Source: Octopus sinensis (Eukaryota). From it: a DNA stretch of 64,000 nt. Numbering within the stretch: position 1 is the first letter of the stretch; every line of letters begins with the position of its first letter. This document shows positions 54,111 through 64,000 of this stretch, one piece after another. A program made the position numbers and the translations under genes. The stretch lies in NCBI RefSeq assembly GCF_006345805.1, contig NC_043002.1, forward strand, positions 89,032,001 through 89,096,000. Direction: 5' to 3'. The notes beneath the pieces were generated by a model, which saw nothing but the letters and a program-made list of their open reading frames with translations, made no database searches and was not told the DNA's origin.

Positions 54111-54622
54111 ATCAAAGTGTTGTTTAATCATTGATATTTACAGATCTCCTGCTCCTACCCAGGTCTGAATCAGTTTTACAATTGTCAAGTCTTGAGCGTA
54201 GTCCAGTAAGAATTCAGCAAACACTTCATTCTTGCAACACAGGAAATTTTAGTGAACTTTTCCATTATGGTACAAATTCTTTTATATTCATAATTACTCC
54301 TTTCGAAGATAGAAATGTAACTGAATCATTTCAAATTGGTGATTTATATTAGCTAAAATGCAACTTGGTGCACAGGTTTATTATATTTAAAATTTCTTTT
54401 AATATGTTTTTTATATTTCTAATAAAACATAATATTGCTTTTTATTGGGTTGTGAAAAAACAAAAACTGGGGAAACAACCAAGTCACCATCAAGAGATTG
54501 TGAAACATTATCTGAGAATTATCAGTAATGTAACTTGAGAAGAGCCATTGCAAAATTGTTAACCTAACATTTACATTTTGGTAACTACAAAAAACATAGA
54601 ACATGAATACCATTCAGTCGCA

Positions 54623-54850
54623 TTGACTCCTTAGCATTTAAACCAGCCATAACAGGCCCAAATATTCTACTGTGTTTTATGAACAAAGTGGCCAGATCAT
54701 ACCTCTTACTCCTACCCTACATGGTCAGTCAAAAAATAAACAATTACATCAAAGAAATCTTGAGGCTACAAGATAAGCCTAATTAATTCAAAGCAATTTG
54801 AATTAATAAGCATTACATTCGATAAAGTAATCTGAATGCTAAAGGGTTAA
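54623..54850 (-). mobile_element. piggyBac-type MITE family A
   Basis: TTAGCATTTAAACC ... CTGAATGCTAAAGGGTTAA. Confidence 0.85.
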
Positions 54851-55029
54851 AACAATAAAATAGTTAAAACCAAAGCAGAGGAACTGGAAAAATCTATTTC
54901 AACTCTGAAAATATTTATAATTAAGATACTAGTTATGCAGTTGACTTAAGTTTGAATTTATTAACAACAGAAAATAAAAGATGATTTAAACCAATTTTCA
55001 TGATGAAATGGAGAAGAGGCCTCCCTAAT

Positions 55030-55156
55030 TGTGTCAGCAATTAGAGAGTATACGTAATTGTAAATGATATCTTAGGACAGCCAAATACGCAAAATATTCT
55101 AGCTAAATCCTTAACAAAAGTCTTTTAATTAATGTAATGTGACTGTAAAAATCTAT
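55030..55156. repeat. diverged ~127-bp direct repeat (second copy 57367-57493)
   Basis: TGTGTCAGCAATTAG.GAGTATAC...GCAAAATAT.CTAGCTAAATCC shared by both copies. Confidence 0.8.
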
Positions 55157-55769
55157 GTGAACTTGTCTACCAGATAATAACAACAACAACAATATTCTTG
55201 ACTATAAGCACAAGGCTTGTTGCCACCATAGTAATATTTACTGAGGTTTACAAAAAAATATCAGCAGTTTCAACAAACACTGTGAAATATAAATCAAGGA
55301 ATGCATTTCCTGAAACATTAAATCTGAAAGCAGTGAAAATATAGGACTTCCCATTGACCCTGATAGTGAGTGGTTTATGCATGGTGACAATGTACGTGTT
55401 AAAAAAAAAATAGAACATATTTTTAATTGAGACATTACTGTAACTTTTCAATTTGCATACTTCATGTATTTTGACAAACAAAATGTTGCTGAGTAAAAGA
55501 AAAATGTTTTTAAAACTTAAAATGAACTTTGAAAAGGTTTTGACTAATTGTTTAACTTTAGTAAACCTTGTTTTCGAGCAATCAATCACAAACTCTGTAG
55601 CTTAACTGTTCCTTTTACTGAATTTCATTTTAAAACACCCAACTATTTTAATTAAGTAGAAATCAATTTTGTGAAATGGTTTATTATCCATATGTTCCTA
55701 TACTATTCCTTCCAGGATCTGCTTCTTTATATTTGCTTGAACTAGTGCTCCCATGTTAAATTTTTATGG

Positions 55770-56063
55770 TGGAGGCACATAGCCTAGTGGTTAGAGCAGC
55801 GGACTCACGGTCGAGGGATCGCAGGTTCGAATCTCAGACCAGGTGATGTGTGTGTTTATGAGCAAAACACCTAAGCTCCACACAGCTCCGGCAGAAGGTA
55901 ATGGCGAAACTTCTGCCGATTCTTTCACCACAACTTTCTCTCACTCTTTCCTCTTGCAGCTCACCTGCGACGGACCGGCGTCCTGTCCAGGTGGGGAACC
56001 TATATGCCAAGAAACTGGGAAACCGGCCCTTATGAGCCAGGCATGGCTAGAGAAGGAACTGAC
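55770..56063 (+). mobile_element. tRNA-derived SINE family 2
   Basis: A/B boxes; 12-bp TSD AAATTTTTATGG at 55758 and 56064. Confidence 0.92.
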
Positions 56064-56216
56064 AAATTTTTATGGAAATTATTAAAGAAGGTGAGAACTT
56101 ATATAACAAAATTATACTGGACCTTGGCTCAGCAATTATACTTCTCTTTAACACATAACATATTTTAAACATATTTCTAAACTCAAAACAGATTCATTTT
56201 TTTTTTATAAACATGT

Positions 56217-56445
56217 TTAACCTGTTAACATTCAGATTTCCTTGTCAAATATATTGCTTATTTATTCACATTGTTTTGAATTGATCACACATTACTTTGT
56301 AGCTTTACGACTTCAATCATATGTTTGTAAATTTTTAGAATGGCATTGTAAGGTATGTATAAGAGGCTGGATCTGGCCAGTTTTAACATAAAAACAAGTA
56401 GAATATTTGGGCCAGATATGGCCAGATTAAATGCTAAAAGGTTAA
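56217..56445 (+). mobile_element. piggyBac-type MITE family A
   Basis: TTAA ends; family A body. Confidence 0.85.
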
Positions 56446-56706
56446 AATATAAGTACTTAGTTTAAATATTTAATTTCTAAGAAAAATCATGATCCCTCTA
56501 AACTCTACTGCCCCCACTTCCCCACAACAGTTTACAATGCCCCCAAGGGGGTACTACCACCAGGTTATGAAACACTTGCTTTAGATCCAATGCTCAAAAC
56601 AAATCCATATTTACTAACAAAACAAAACAATAAAAACAAAATTGATCAAATTAAATTAATTAAAAAACAAAAGCAGTACGTAGCTACCATGATTCGTTTT
56701 TCATTT

Positions 56707-57089
56707 TTCAGCTCTGTCTGGCCCCGTGTAAGCACCGTCCGTTCGTGGCCGTTTGCCAGCTCTGTCTGGCCCCGTGTCGGTGGCACGTAAAAGCACCATC
56801 CGTTCGTGTCCGTTGCCAGCATCGCCTGGCCCCGTGCCGGTGACACGTAAAAGCACCATCCGTTCGTGGCCGTTCGCCAGCTCTGTCTGGCACCTGTGCA
56901 GGTGGCACGTAAAAAACACCCACTACACTCGCGGAGTGGTTGGCGTTAGGAAGGGCATCCAGCCGTAGAAACACTGCCAGATCTGACTGGGCCTGACAAA
57001 GCCTTCCAGCTTCACAGACCCCAGTTGACCTGTCCAACCCATGCTAGCATGGAAAGCGGACGCTAAACGATAATGATGATGATGATGAT
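56707..57089 (+). mobile_element. RTE-tailed retroposon with ~60-bp tandem 5' units
   Basis: Repeat units at ~56709, 56755, 56815 and 56876; (GAT)n tail. Confidence 0.88.
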
Positions 57090-57504
57090 ACACAATATCT
57101 TAATATTTTAAATTAGCATCTAAGCATATATTTGTTTGTGGAAGTAAGTAAATATATCAATCTAAAAATTAATTAAAATTATCCTACAAATATTTAGTAA
57201 GTCCATAGTGTCAGTCAATTTCTAAGTATTTATTTGCACAGATTTATTTTTAATTTTATTTTAATTATAGTGAAACAGTCTTGAAATGGTGTATAAAATA
57301 CTTTGAAATAAGAAATTAACATTAAGATGAAGTAAACAGTAAGAATTGAGGTAACAAGTGGTAGTATGTGTCAGCAATTAGGGAGTATACACAACTGAAA
57401 ATGATATTTGAGGGCAGTCAAATATGCAAAATATCCTAGCTAAATCCCTAAAGAAAATGTCTTTTAATAAGTGTAATATGACTAAAAATGTATACACTTA
57501 CACA

Positions 57505-57915
57505 AAGTCAACCTTAGTAGAATTTGAACTCAATGTAAATTCCGATGAAACAATGCTAAACATTTCATCCAGTATGCTAACAATTCTGCCAACTCACAGC
57601 CTTAAGAAGAAGAATAATAATCATTTCTACTATAGGCACAAGGCCCAAAAAAATTGGGGGGGGGGGACATTCGATTAGATTGACCCCAGTATGCAACTGG
57701 TACTTATCGATCTCGAAAGGATGAAAGGCAAAGTCAACTCTGGCAGAATTTGAACTCAGAACATGAAAATAATAATTCTTTCAAATTTTGGTAAAAGGTC
57801 AGCAATTTTGAGAGGAGACAGCAAGTTATTTACATTGACCCCCAGTAGAGTACTTGACTGGTTCTTTATTTTATTGACCTAAGAAGACTGAAAGGCCAAG
57901 TTGAGCTTAGCATAA
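57505..57915 (-). mobile_element. cluster of degenerate SINE family 3 pieces
   Basis: Repeated GAATTTGAACTC, GGATGAAAGGCAAAGTC and GACCCCAGT motifs. Confidence 0.7.
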
Positions 57916-57916
57916 C

Positions 57917-58278
57917 AACAAGAGCACTCAGAGATAGTAAACCTCCACCAGGGCAACACCAATGTCCTCTCAACGATTAACCAGAGATGATTTTTAAAAT
58001 GAGACTATCTAAAATAAACTCGACTGCTCTCACAAACAAGAATACTGAAAATGAACCCGACCGCTCTCAAAATTTAAGGAAAAAAAAATAGGAAATATAA
58101 TCCAGAATCCTTGTCTCATACCAGATCAATCCCAAAATCTAATCAGTTCATGCCAGTCATGAGGCCAAACATTCCTGAAAGTTTTATCCAAATCCATCCA
58201 GTGGTTCTTGAGATATCTTGTCTACGGACAAGCAAATACAACTGAACAATATCTCCACCTTCGCTAAGGCAGAGGTAA
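57917..58278. mobile_element. Helentron-associated non-autonomous element (HINE/DINE-1-like)
   Basis: AACAAGAGCACTCAGAG start; sub-terminal ACCTCCACC (57941) inverted with GGCAGAGGT (58268); terminal hairpin; AA/TT flanks with no TSD. Confidence 0.7.
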
Positions 58279-58370
58279 TAAACAAAGAAAACTTTACAGA
58301 GCCATCCAAGCTGCTAGAAATATCAGCTAAATCTCGCTCAAATTGTGCCCCACTATGTAATTAAAACCCA

Positions 58371-58548
58371 AATGCTTATTTATTCACATTGTTTTGAATT
58401 AATCATGCACTAACTTGCAGCCTTGAAATTTCAATGATGTAACTGTTTATTTTTAGAATGACATTATAGGATAATCTGGCCAGTTTGAACAAAAAACAAG
58501 CAGAAAATTTTGGTTGGATATGGCCAGTTTAAATGCTAAAGGCTTTAA
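58371..58548 (+). mobile_element. 5'-truncated piggyBac-type MITE family A
   Basis: AATGCTTATTTATTCACATTG ... AATGCTAAAGGCTTTAA. Confidence 0.8.
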
Positions 58549-60340
58549 AAAGGAAGGACATATAGTCCTATATGTCTCACAAAAAAAAATGGAATAACAT
58601 AAGCCACTAAAATTAAATATATGGAACTTGATATTGCCAAGTATTTATTTAAAATTACTCATTAATTATATTTGATATGTGAAACCAACATGTAGAAAAG
58701 AATATTAAAACAATGGGCTCTTCTAACCAGACTAGAATAGAGTGATTAAAACAACAATCTAATGTACCAATGCCAGAATGTAAAAATGGATATTAAAACA
58801 AGAATCTTCTTGTATACTCTTACCAACATATAAAAAAAGGCTTTACAACAATTATCACCATTGTAGATTACAAAGAAAGCAAAACAATATAAAAAGGAAG
58901 ACCTAGAATTTCTACTAATATTTATCACAGCTTCAGCGAAAGACAAAAATTCTAGACGTTAGTGTTAGGAAAAATTCATGACTCAGCATGAAAACCTGCC
59001 TCCGCTAATTACCTATTGACATACACTTGAACTTCCCTGTCTTCTATTCAAATATTCTAGTGCAATGGCTAATTTACAAAACCCATTTTTCTAATTACTC
59101 CTATCAATGAAAAAAGATCAACAGATGCCAAATATTTCTTTCTGTCTGTCTGTTATTATTTATTGAGTATCTCTATTCTATCCTAAATCCCACCTATTCT
59201 AATGCTAATGATACCACTCGACACACTAATTAAAAACAGAATTAATCCTTATTTCCCTGCCTTAATCATCATTTTAAACTTTTAATTAAATCCAGCACAC
59301 AGATATTTCCACTGGTATCTGCTGCCTATGCAAAAACGTCCACTTTATGCCTCTTATTCTCCTCTTTCTATCATGATTACTTCTTTTGTATTCTACCTAA
59401 CCAAATTAAAATTGTATTCAAATAAACTTAACCTAAATCTGGGAAAGAGATTATTCTTTCTGGAATTAGGAATTATATCAAGTATTTAATTTGGAAACTG
59501 CCAAATTAGCACTAAGGATATCCAAGATTGACCTTGATGGTGCTTTCATTAGGTTTCTTATGAGGACACAAGACATTGCATGGTGTGAGCATAAGATCAA
59601 AGGAGAAATTTATAGATACATTCTACCTTTCTCTACTATTACTGTTCAATACTTAGTAGGGTTTGCTACCTGCTAATATCATGCTGAACCACAATCCCTA
59701 CCAGATGTTATATTTTGGAAACCACTCAACTACTCTGATGGTTTTTGGCAGAGCTACACAAAAGTAAACTGAGAATCAACCAAATCTAACAGGTGATAGA
59801 GATTCCTGACACAACATTGTGAGATGTATCTGAGTTGCAGCTGCTTGAAAAAGATATTGTATACTTATATTGTTTCTATAAACAGATTTAAAAACCTTCT
59901 CCGCTGCATGTAGACAATTAGTCTCCTTCAACAGAGCAAAATCCAAATTGTAACAGATAATGAGAAAATAATCTTGCACCACAACGTCAGAGACAACAAA
60001 CCTGTGATATATATACCAGCAGTGAAACATGCATGATTTTGAAAAAATATATATATATTTCCTTGCAATATTATCTTGTAAAAAGATTATCTACAAACAT
60101 TTACCTAAAACTAAAATACATGTATATATGTCAGTTGCTCTAATAAGAGGATAATTAAAGAAATTAAAATGTCAATATGCTGGGTTCAAAAATGGGTTTT
60201 AACCACTGCATTACATCCTCTCAATGCATGAATTATGTAATTAAAACCCTAAAGTTTACACAAATGCCAGCCCCCATCTAATCTGTTGACCACATTTGGA
60301 GGTCCTAACAAATATTACTCCAGCATTCCAGAGAGTAAGC

Positions 60341-60761
60341 AGATCTTTTCGGTTTGAACGGCAGTTTTTAACATAATTTCTAGGTAACTAAAAAATTTTA
60401 AACTTCGTATACTGGTAGAATGTGTTTATAAAACATCTTTTTCTCTTGGCTTTATTCAGAAAATTCTACAGTTTGTAAGATATTTGGTCTTTAATTTCTT
60501 GCATTTTGGTAATTTCAACCAATCAATGACCATCTATTGAGGTGAAAACATTCTGTGCCATATGAATATGTCCCTCGTTTAAGAAACAGATTGGGTTTAT
60601 TTACATTTGTGAAGAGAAAAAGATACCCTTCCCCCCATCCCTAACCCTAACTAACCCTAAAACAGATTGAAATGCAATAGATCGATACTAGGGTCATAAT
60701 TATGGGTGGCAATTTCATATGACACCGCTAGAAAAAACTGTCGTTCAAACCGAAAAGATCC
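60341..60761. mobile_element. MITE with 29-bp TIRs and 8-bp TSD (Merlin-like)
   Basis: TIR GATCTTTTCGGTTTGAACGGCAGTTTTT / AAAAACTGTCGTTCAAACCGAAAAGATC; TSD GAGTAAGC at 60333 and 60762; internal CCCTAA repeats. Confidence 0.88.
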
Positions 60762-60790
60762 GAGTAAGCTTCTTCAGTTCTGATCAGATA

Positions 60791-61008
60791 TTAACCCTTT
60801 AGCATTCAAACTGGCCAAAATATTCTGCTTGTTTTATATTCAAACCAGCCAGATATGGCCTCTCAGACTTATCCTAAAATGCCATTCTAAAAATAAAACA
60901 ATCACACCGCTAAAATCTCAAAGCTACAAGACAATTCATGATTAATCAAAATAATGTGAATGAATAAGCATTAAATTTGACAGTTTAATCTGAATGTTAA
61001 GGGGTTAA
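60791..61008 (-). mobile_element. piggyBac-type MITE family A
   Basis: TTAACCCTTTAGCATT ... GGGGTTAA. Confidence 0.85.
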
Positions 61009-61995
61009 TCAACTGATGTTGGTGGTGGTGCTATTGTTTACCCACAGAAACATCAAAAAGGAAAAAAGCCTTCTGATTCATTCATTACCATATCTCAACT
61101 ACTAAGATTTTTCTTCCGTCTCTTTTACTTCTACTATAACAACTTCTATTCTTTCCAATAAGTAAGTTATGTCCCTCTGCAACTAAGGAAGTTCTTTCCT
61201 ACAAATGAAACTCTCTAGGATCTCCTTCTCTGCCTACAAGTACCAATCTTACCAGTCTAAGAAGGTCTTCAAAGGTCATGTAGACAGTTCCTCTGACATG
61301 TGCTTTTTGTTTGTTTGTGTTCTTTTGTCCTTCTCAAAGTAAAAACCAAAATTGAATTTATGAAGAAAGCTATTTTCGTAAAAAAAAAAAAAAGTACATC
61401 AATGGACAGGTGATGAGTAAGGTAAGGGAACAAGAAAGAATTAGAGCAAGACTGAGAAGTGGGGCTTAGACACAAGAACATCATGTCAGTGGATATTTTC
61501 AATTACTGATCATGAGGTATCCAAAGCTGAGAAGTAATATACATCTTCTAAACAACTAAGGTTGGCACTGATCCAATGAAACGCAGCAACAACAAACACG
61601 AATATTGAGGTAATCAATGAACAGGCATATGAAGAATAAGGCAGCCAGTGCAAATGGTAGCATGTTCACTAACTAAAAGTGCAGATGAACTCATCCTGAA
61701 GACAGACTGGCACAAGTAATTTTGTTTGTATAGTATTCCTGCTGTATATCAAGCAATTCTCCACAAGCCACAAAGATGTAGACATAATTAAATATAGTGA
61801 AACAAAAATTCTTATGTCTAAACACAACCAACTGCAGCCATCAACATAGAATCAAGAATCTTCCTGAGTGTTTAAGATACCTGCTACGAAAATTCTTTTT
61901 TAAGACTTTACTCCTGAAGAAGCACCTTTTTATCTGATAAAAGTTAAAAATAACACAATATGCCATTACAAATGTATCAAAGGAAATAATTCACT

Positions 61996-62302
61996 TATCA
62001 TCGTCATCATCGTTTAACGTCCACTTTCCATGCTAGCATGGGTTGGACGGTTCGACCGGGCTCTGGGAAGCCAGAAGGCTGCACCAGGCTCCAGTCTGAT
62101 CTGGCAGTGTTTGTACAGCTGGATGCCCTTCCTAACGCCAACCACTCTGTGAGTGTGGTGGGTGCTTTTTACGTGCCACCTGCTCAGGTGCCAGGCGAGG
62201 CTGGCAACGGTCACAATTGGATTGGTTCTTTTTACGTGCCACCGGCACGGAAGCCAGTCAAAGTGGCGCCGGCATCGGCCACGTTCAGATGGTGCTTTTT
62301 TA
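61996..62302 (-). mobile_element. RTE-tailed retroposon
   Basis: Close match to 4483-4762. Confidence 0.88.
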
Positions 62303-62486
62303 CTCACATTGTAATTATCTGCTTGGTATAGCTATTGTGAAACACAGTGTATAATACACAATTTTTTTTTTCCCACCCAAATTAAGATTAAAAACAGGAA
62401 GTTTATAATGCATGGCATTAGGTGGCAATGATTTTCACTCCACCCACTTGTATTGAGAAAAATGCAATGTAATAAAAATTACATTA

Positions 62487-62680
62487 TTCGTCGTCATCAT
62501 TTAACATCCATGTTCCATGCTGGCATGAGTTGGATAGTTTGACAGGATCTATTGTGTCCAATGTCTGCTCCGACAGGATTTCTACAGTTGGATGCCCTTC
62601 CTAATGCTAACCACTTTACAGCACAAACTGTGTGCTGTTTCCATTCCACCTGCACTATTGAGGTCACCATGCAGTTTGCA
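62487..62680 (-). mobile_element. degenerate RTE-tailed retroposon
   Basis: CATCATTTAACATCCA and GGATGCCCTTCCTAATGC motifs. Confidence 0.65.
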
Positions 62681-62990
62681 GGACTATGAGCTCTGGGGAA
62701 GTCAGTTTTATATTAAGCGACAAGTGGGTGGAGCAGGTTCCTGCAGAGGGATTACATGGCTACTCACATCTAGTAGGAGAAAAGCTGGGAAGAGAAGGAC
62801 AAAGTGATCAAAAGAAGCTACAAAACATGAAATGAAATATAAATTGGTTTATAGTAAATCATCTACTTTCAAAGCACTTATTTACCATTACTACTGACAT
62901 AGTATTATAGGTTTTTAAGACAATATAGGTCCCAAAATCAAGAGGTATATTTCACTTAGTAACATGTTGACATGATCTTTTATGGTAATA

Positions 62991-63321
62991 CTAGCACTAA
63001 TAGTGCTAGTGCATGCACACATACACACTAGGACTGTCCAAATCTCCAACCAATCACATACAGCTAGCTGGCATGTAATTGGCACATCAAGTTTCGGGCA
63101 TTTTGATTAGGTTTTGGATAAAAAAATTCGCAAAAAAGTCACTTCTATTGATTTTTTAATGGCTTTGCGGGGTGACTGGGGAAATGTAAAGATGTGCATG
63201 ACCACCCTTGGATGGTTTTGAATGACCATAGAAAGTGCGAGCCCTCTAACTGAAAAATTGTGGATCTGTATAAAGGACACACACACAGACAGACATTTTG
63301 CCGTTTATATATATAGAGAGA
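62991..63321 (-). mobile_element. non-autonomous Helitron
   Basis: Minus strand A|TCTCTCTATATATATAAA...TGTCTGTCTGTG start and CTAG|T end; no TSD. Confidence 0.65.
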
Positions 63322-63780
63322 TTATGACAAATACCTAGTAGATATTCAAGAAATGAGTTTACAGCCAATAAATAATCTTTTTATCTCAAGGTGATAAGCT
63401 TAAAATCAGTGAAATTTCAATTTGAATTTTTCTTTTCCTTCTATACTTTGGTAGTGTGATATGATTTCCAATCAATAAAACCGAAATATTTTCTTAAACT
63501 GAAATCAGAATTAAGAAGAGCTAATACCAAAATTCTAAAAAGATTTGAAATCATTTCTCTCAATCAAATTAATTTTCAATTCTTTTAATGAATTTTGATT
63601 TCGAGTTCAAATTTCATTTACAGTATATTTGGACTTTTTTTTCTTTTCTTTTCATATTTTTTCTTCATTTACTTCCGCATTTCCAGATTATGAAACATCT
63701 GTTTTGGTACTTTGGAATTTTAATTAAAATGGCTTATTGTAGGTCTTGCTAGTTATCAAATTCAAGTAAACAGCTGTTGG

Positions 63781-64000
63781 TATATATACATATATACACA
63801 CATATATATATACATATATATATATATATACATGCACGCACACTATATACACATATATATATACACATATATATATATACACATATATATATACATATGT
63901 ATACACACACACACTTATTATATACACACACACACACATATATATATACACAACACCACACACACATTATATATACACACCACACACATATATATACACA
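63781..64000. repeat. (TA)n/(CA)n array running off the window end
   Basis: Direct reading. Confidence 0.95.

Noticed and set aside
55770-55845. tRNA-like sequences
   Set aside because: They are SINE heads continuous with body, tail and TSD; no proper acceptor stem.
56707-56925. CRISPR-like regularly spaced repeats
   Set aside because: The spacers are homologous to each other, the array is part of a retroposon, and the context is eukaryotic with no cas genes.
58354-58369. 16-bp exact match TATGTAATTAAAACCC with 60234-60249
   Set aside because: Short and AT-rich; cannot be distinguished from chance by eye.
58750-59720. Possible very old LINE remnant
   Set aside because: No diagnostic motif could be read with confidence.
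60099-60120. Second minus-strand AG|GT site (TTTTAGTTTTAG|GTAAAT)
   Set aside because: Short pyrimidine tract, an upstream competing AG and a weaker donor; expected by chance in AT-rich DNA.
60638-60660. Telomeric repeat or chromosome fusion relic
   Set aside because: Only about three units, and they lie inside a MITE.

Overview
AT-rich, repeat-dense animal genomic DNA with no intact protein-coding gene. It is probably intronic or intergenic. The SINE and MITE families resemble those I recall from Octopus/coleoid cephalopods (inference, not a database result). The window holds many tRNA-headed SINE copies of at least five families and RTE-tailed (GAT)n retroposons. DNA transposons include about 12 copies of a TTAA-flanked piggyBac-type MITE, a decayed full-length mellifera-type mariner, and hAT-, Merlin-, Tc1- and long-TIR MITEs. 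There are also Helitron/Helentron-type elements, LINE fragments (RTE, R4/Dong, L1/Tx1) and a ~9 kb (TA/TACA)n array. Nearly all ORFs in the supplied track are microsatellite or SINE artefacts. Most interesting: (1) a ~600 bp non-coding unit at 50021-50638 with a terminal direct repeat and a type I hammerhead ribozyme, i.e. a Penelope-like solo pLTR or retrozyme; (2) a textbook AG|GT recursive-splice candidate on the minus strand at 6270/6271; (3) an inverted templated insertion flanked by a 40-bp duplication and copied from ~6 kb away.
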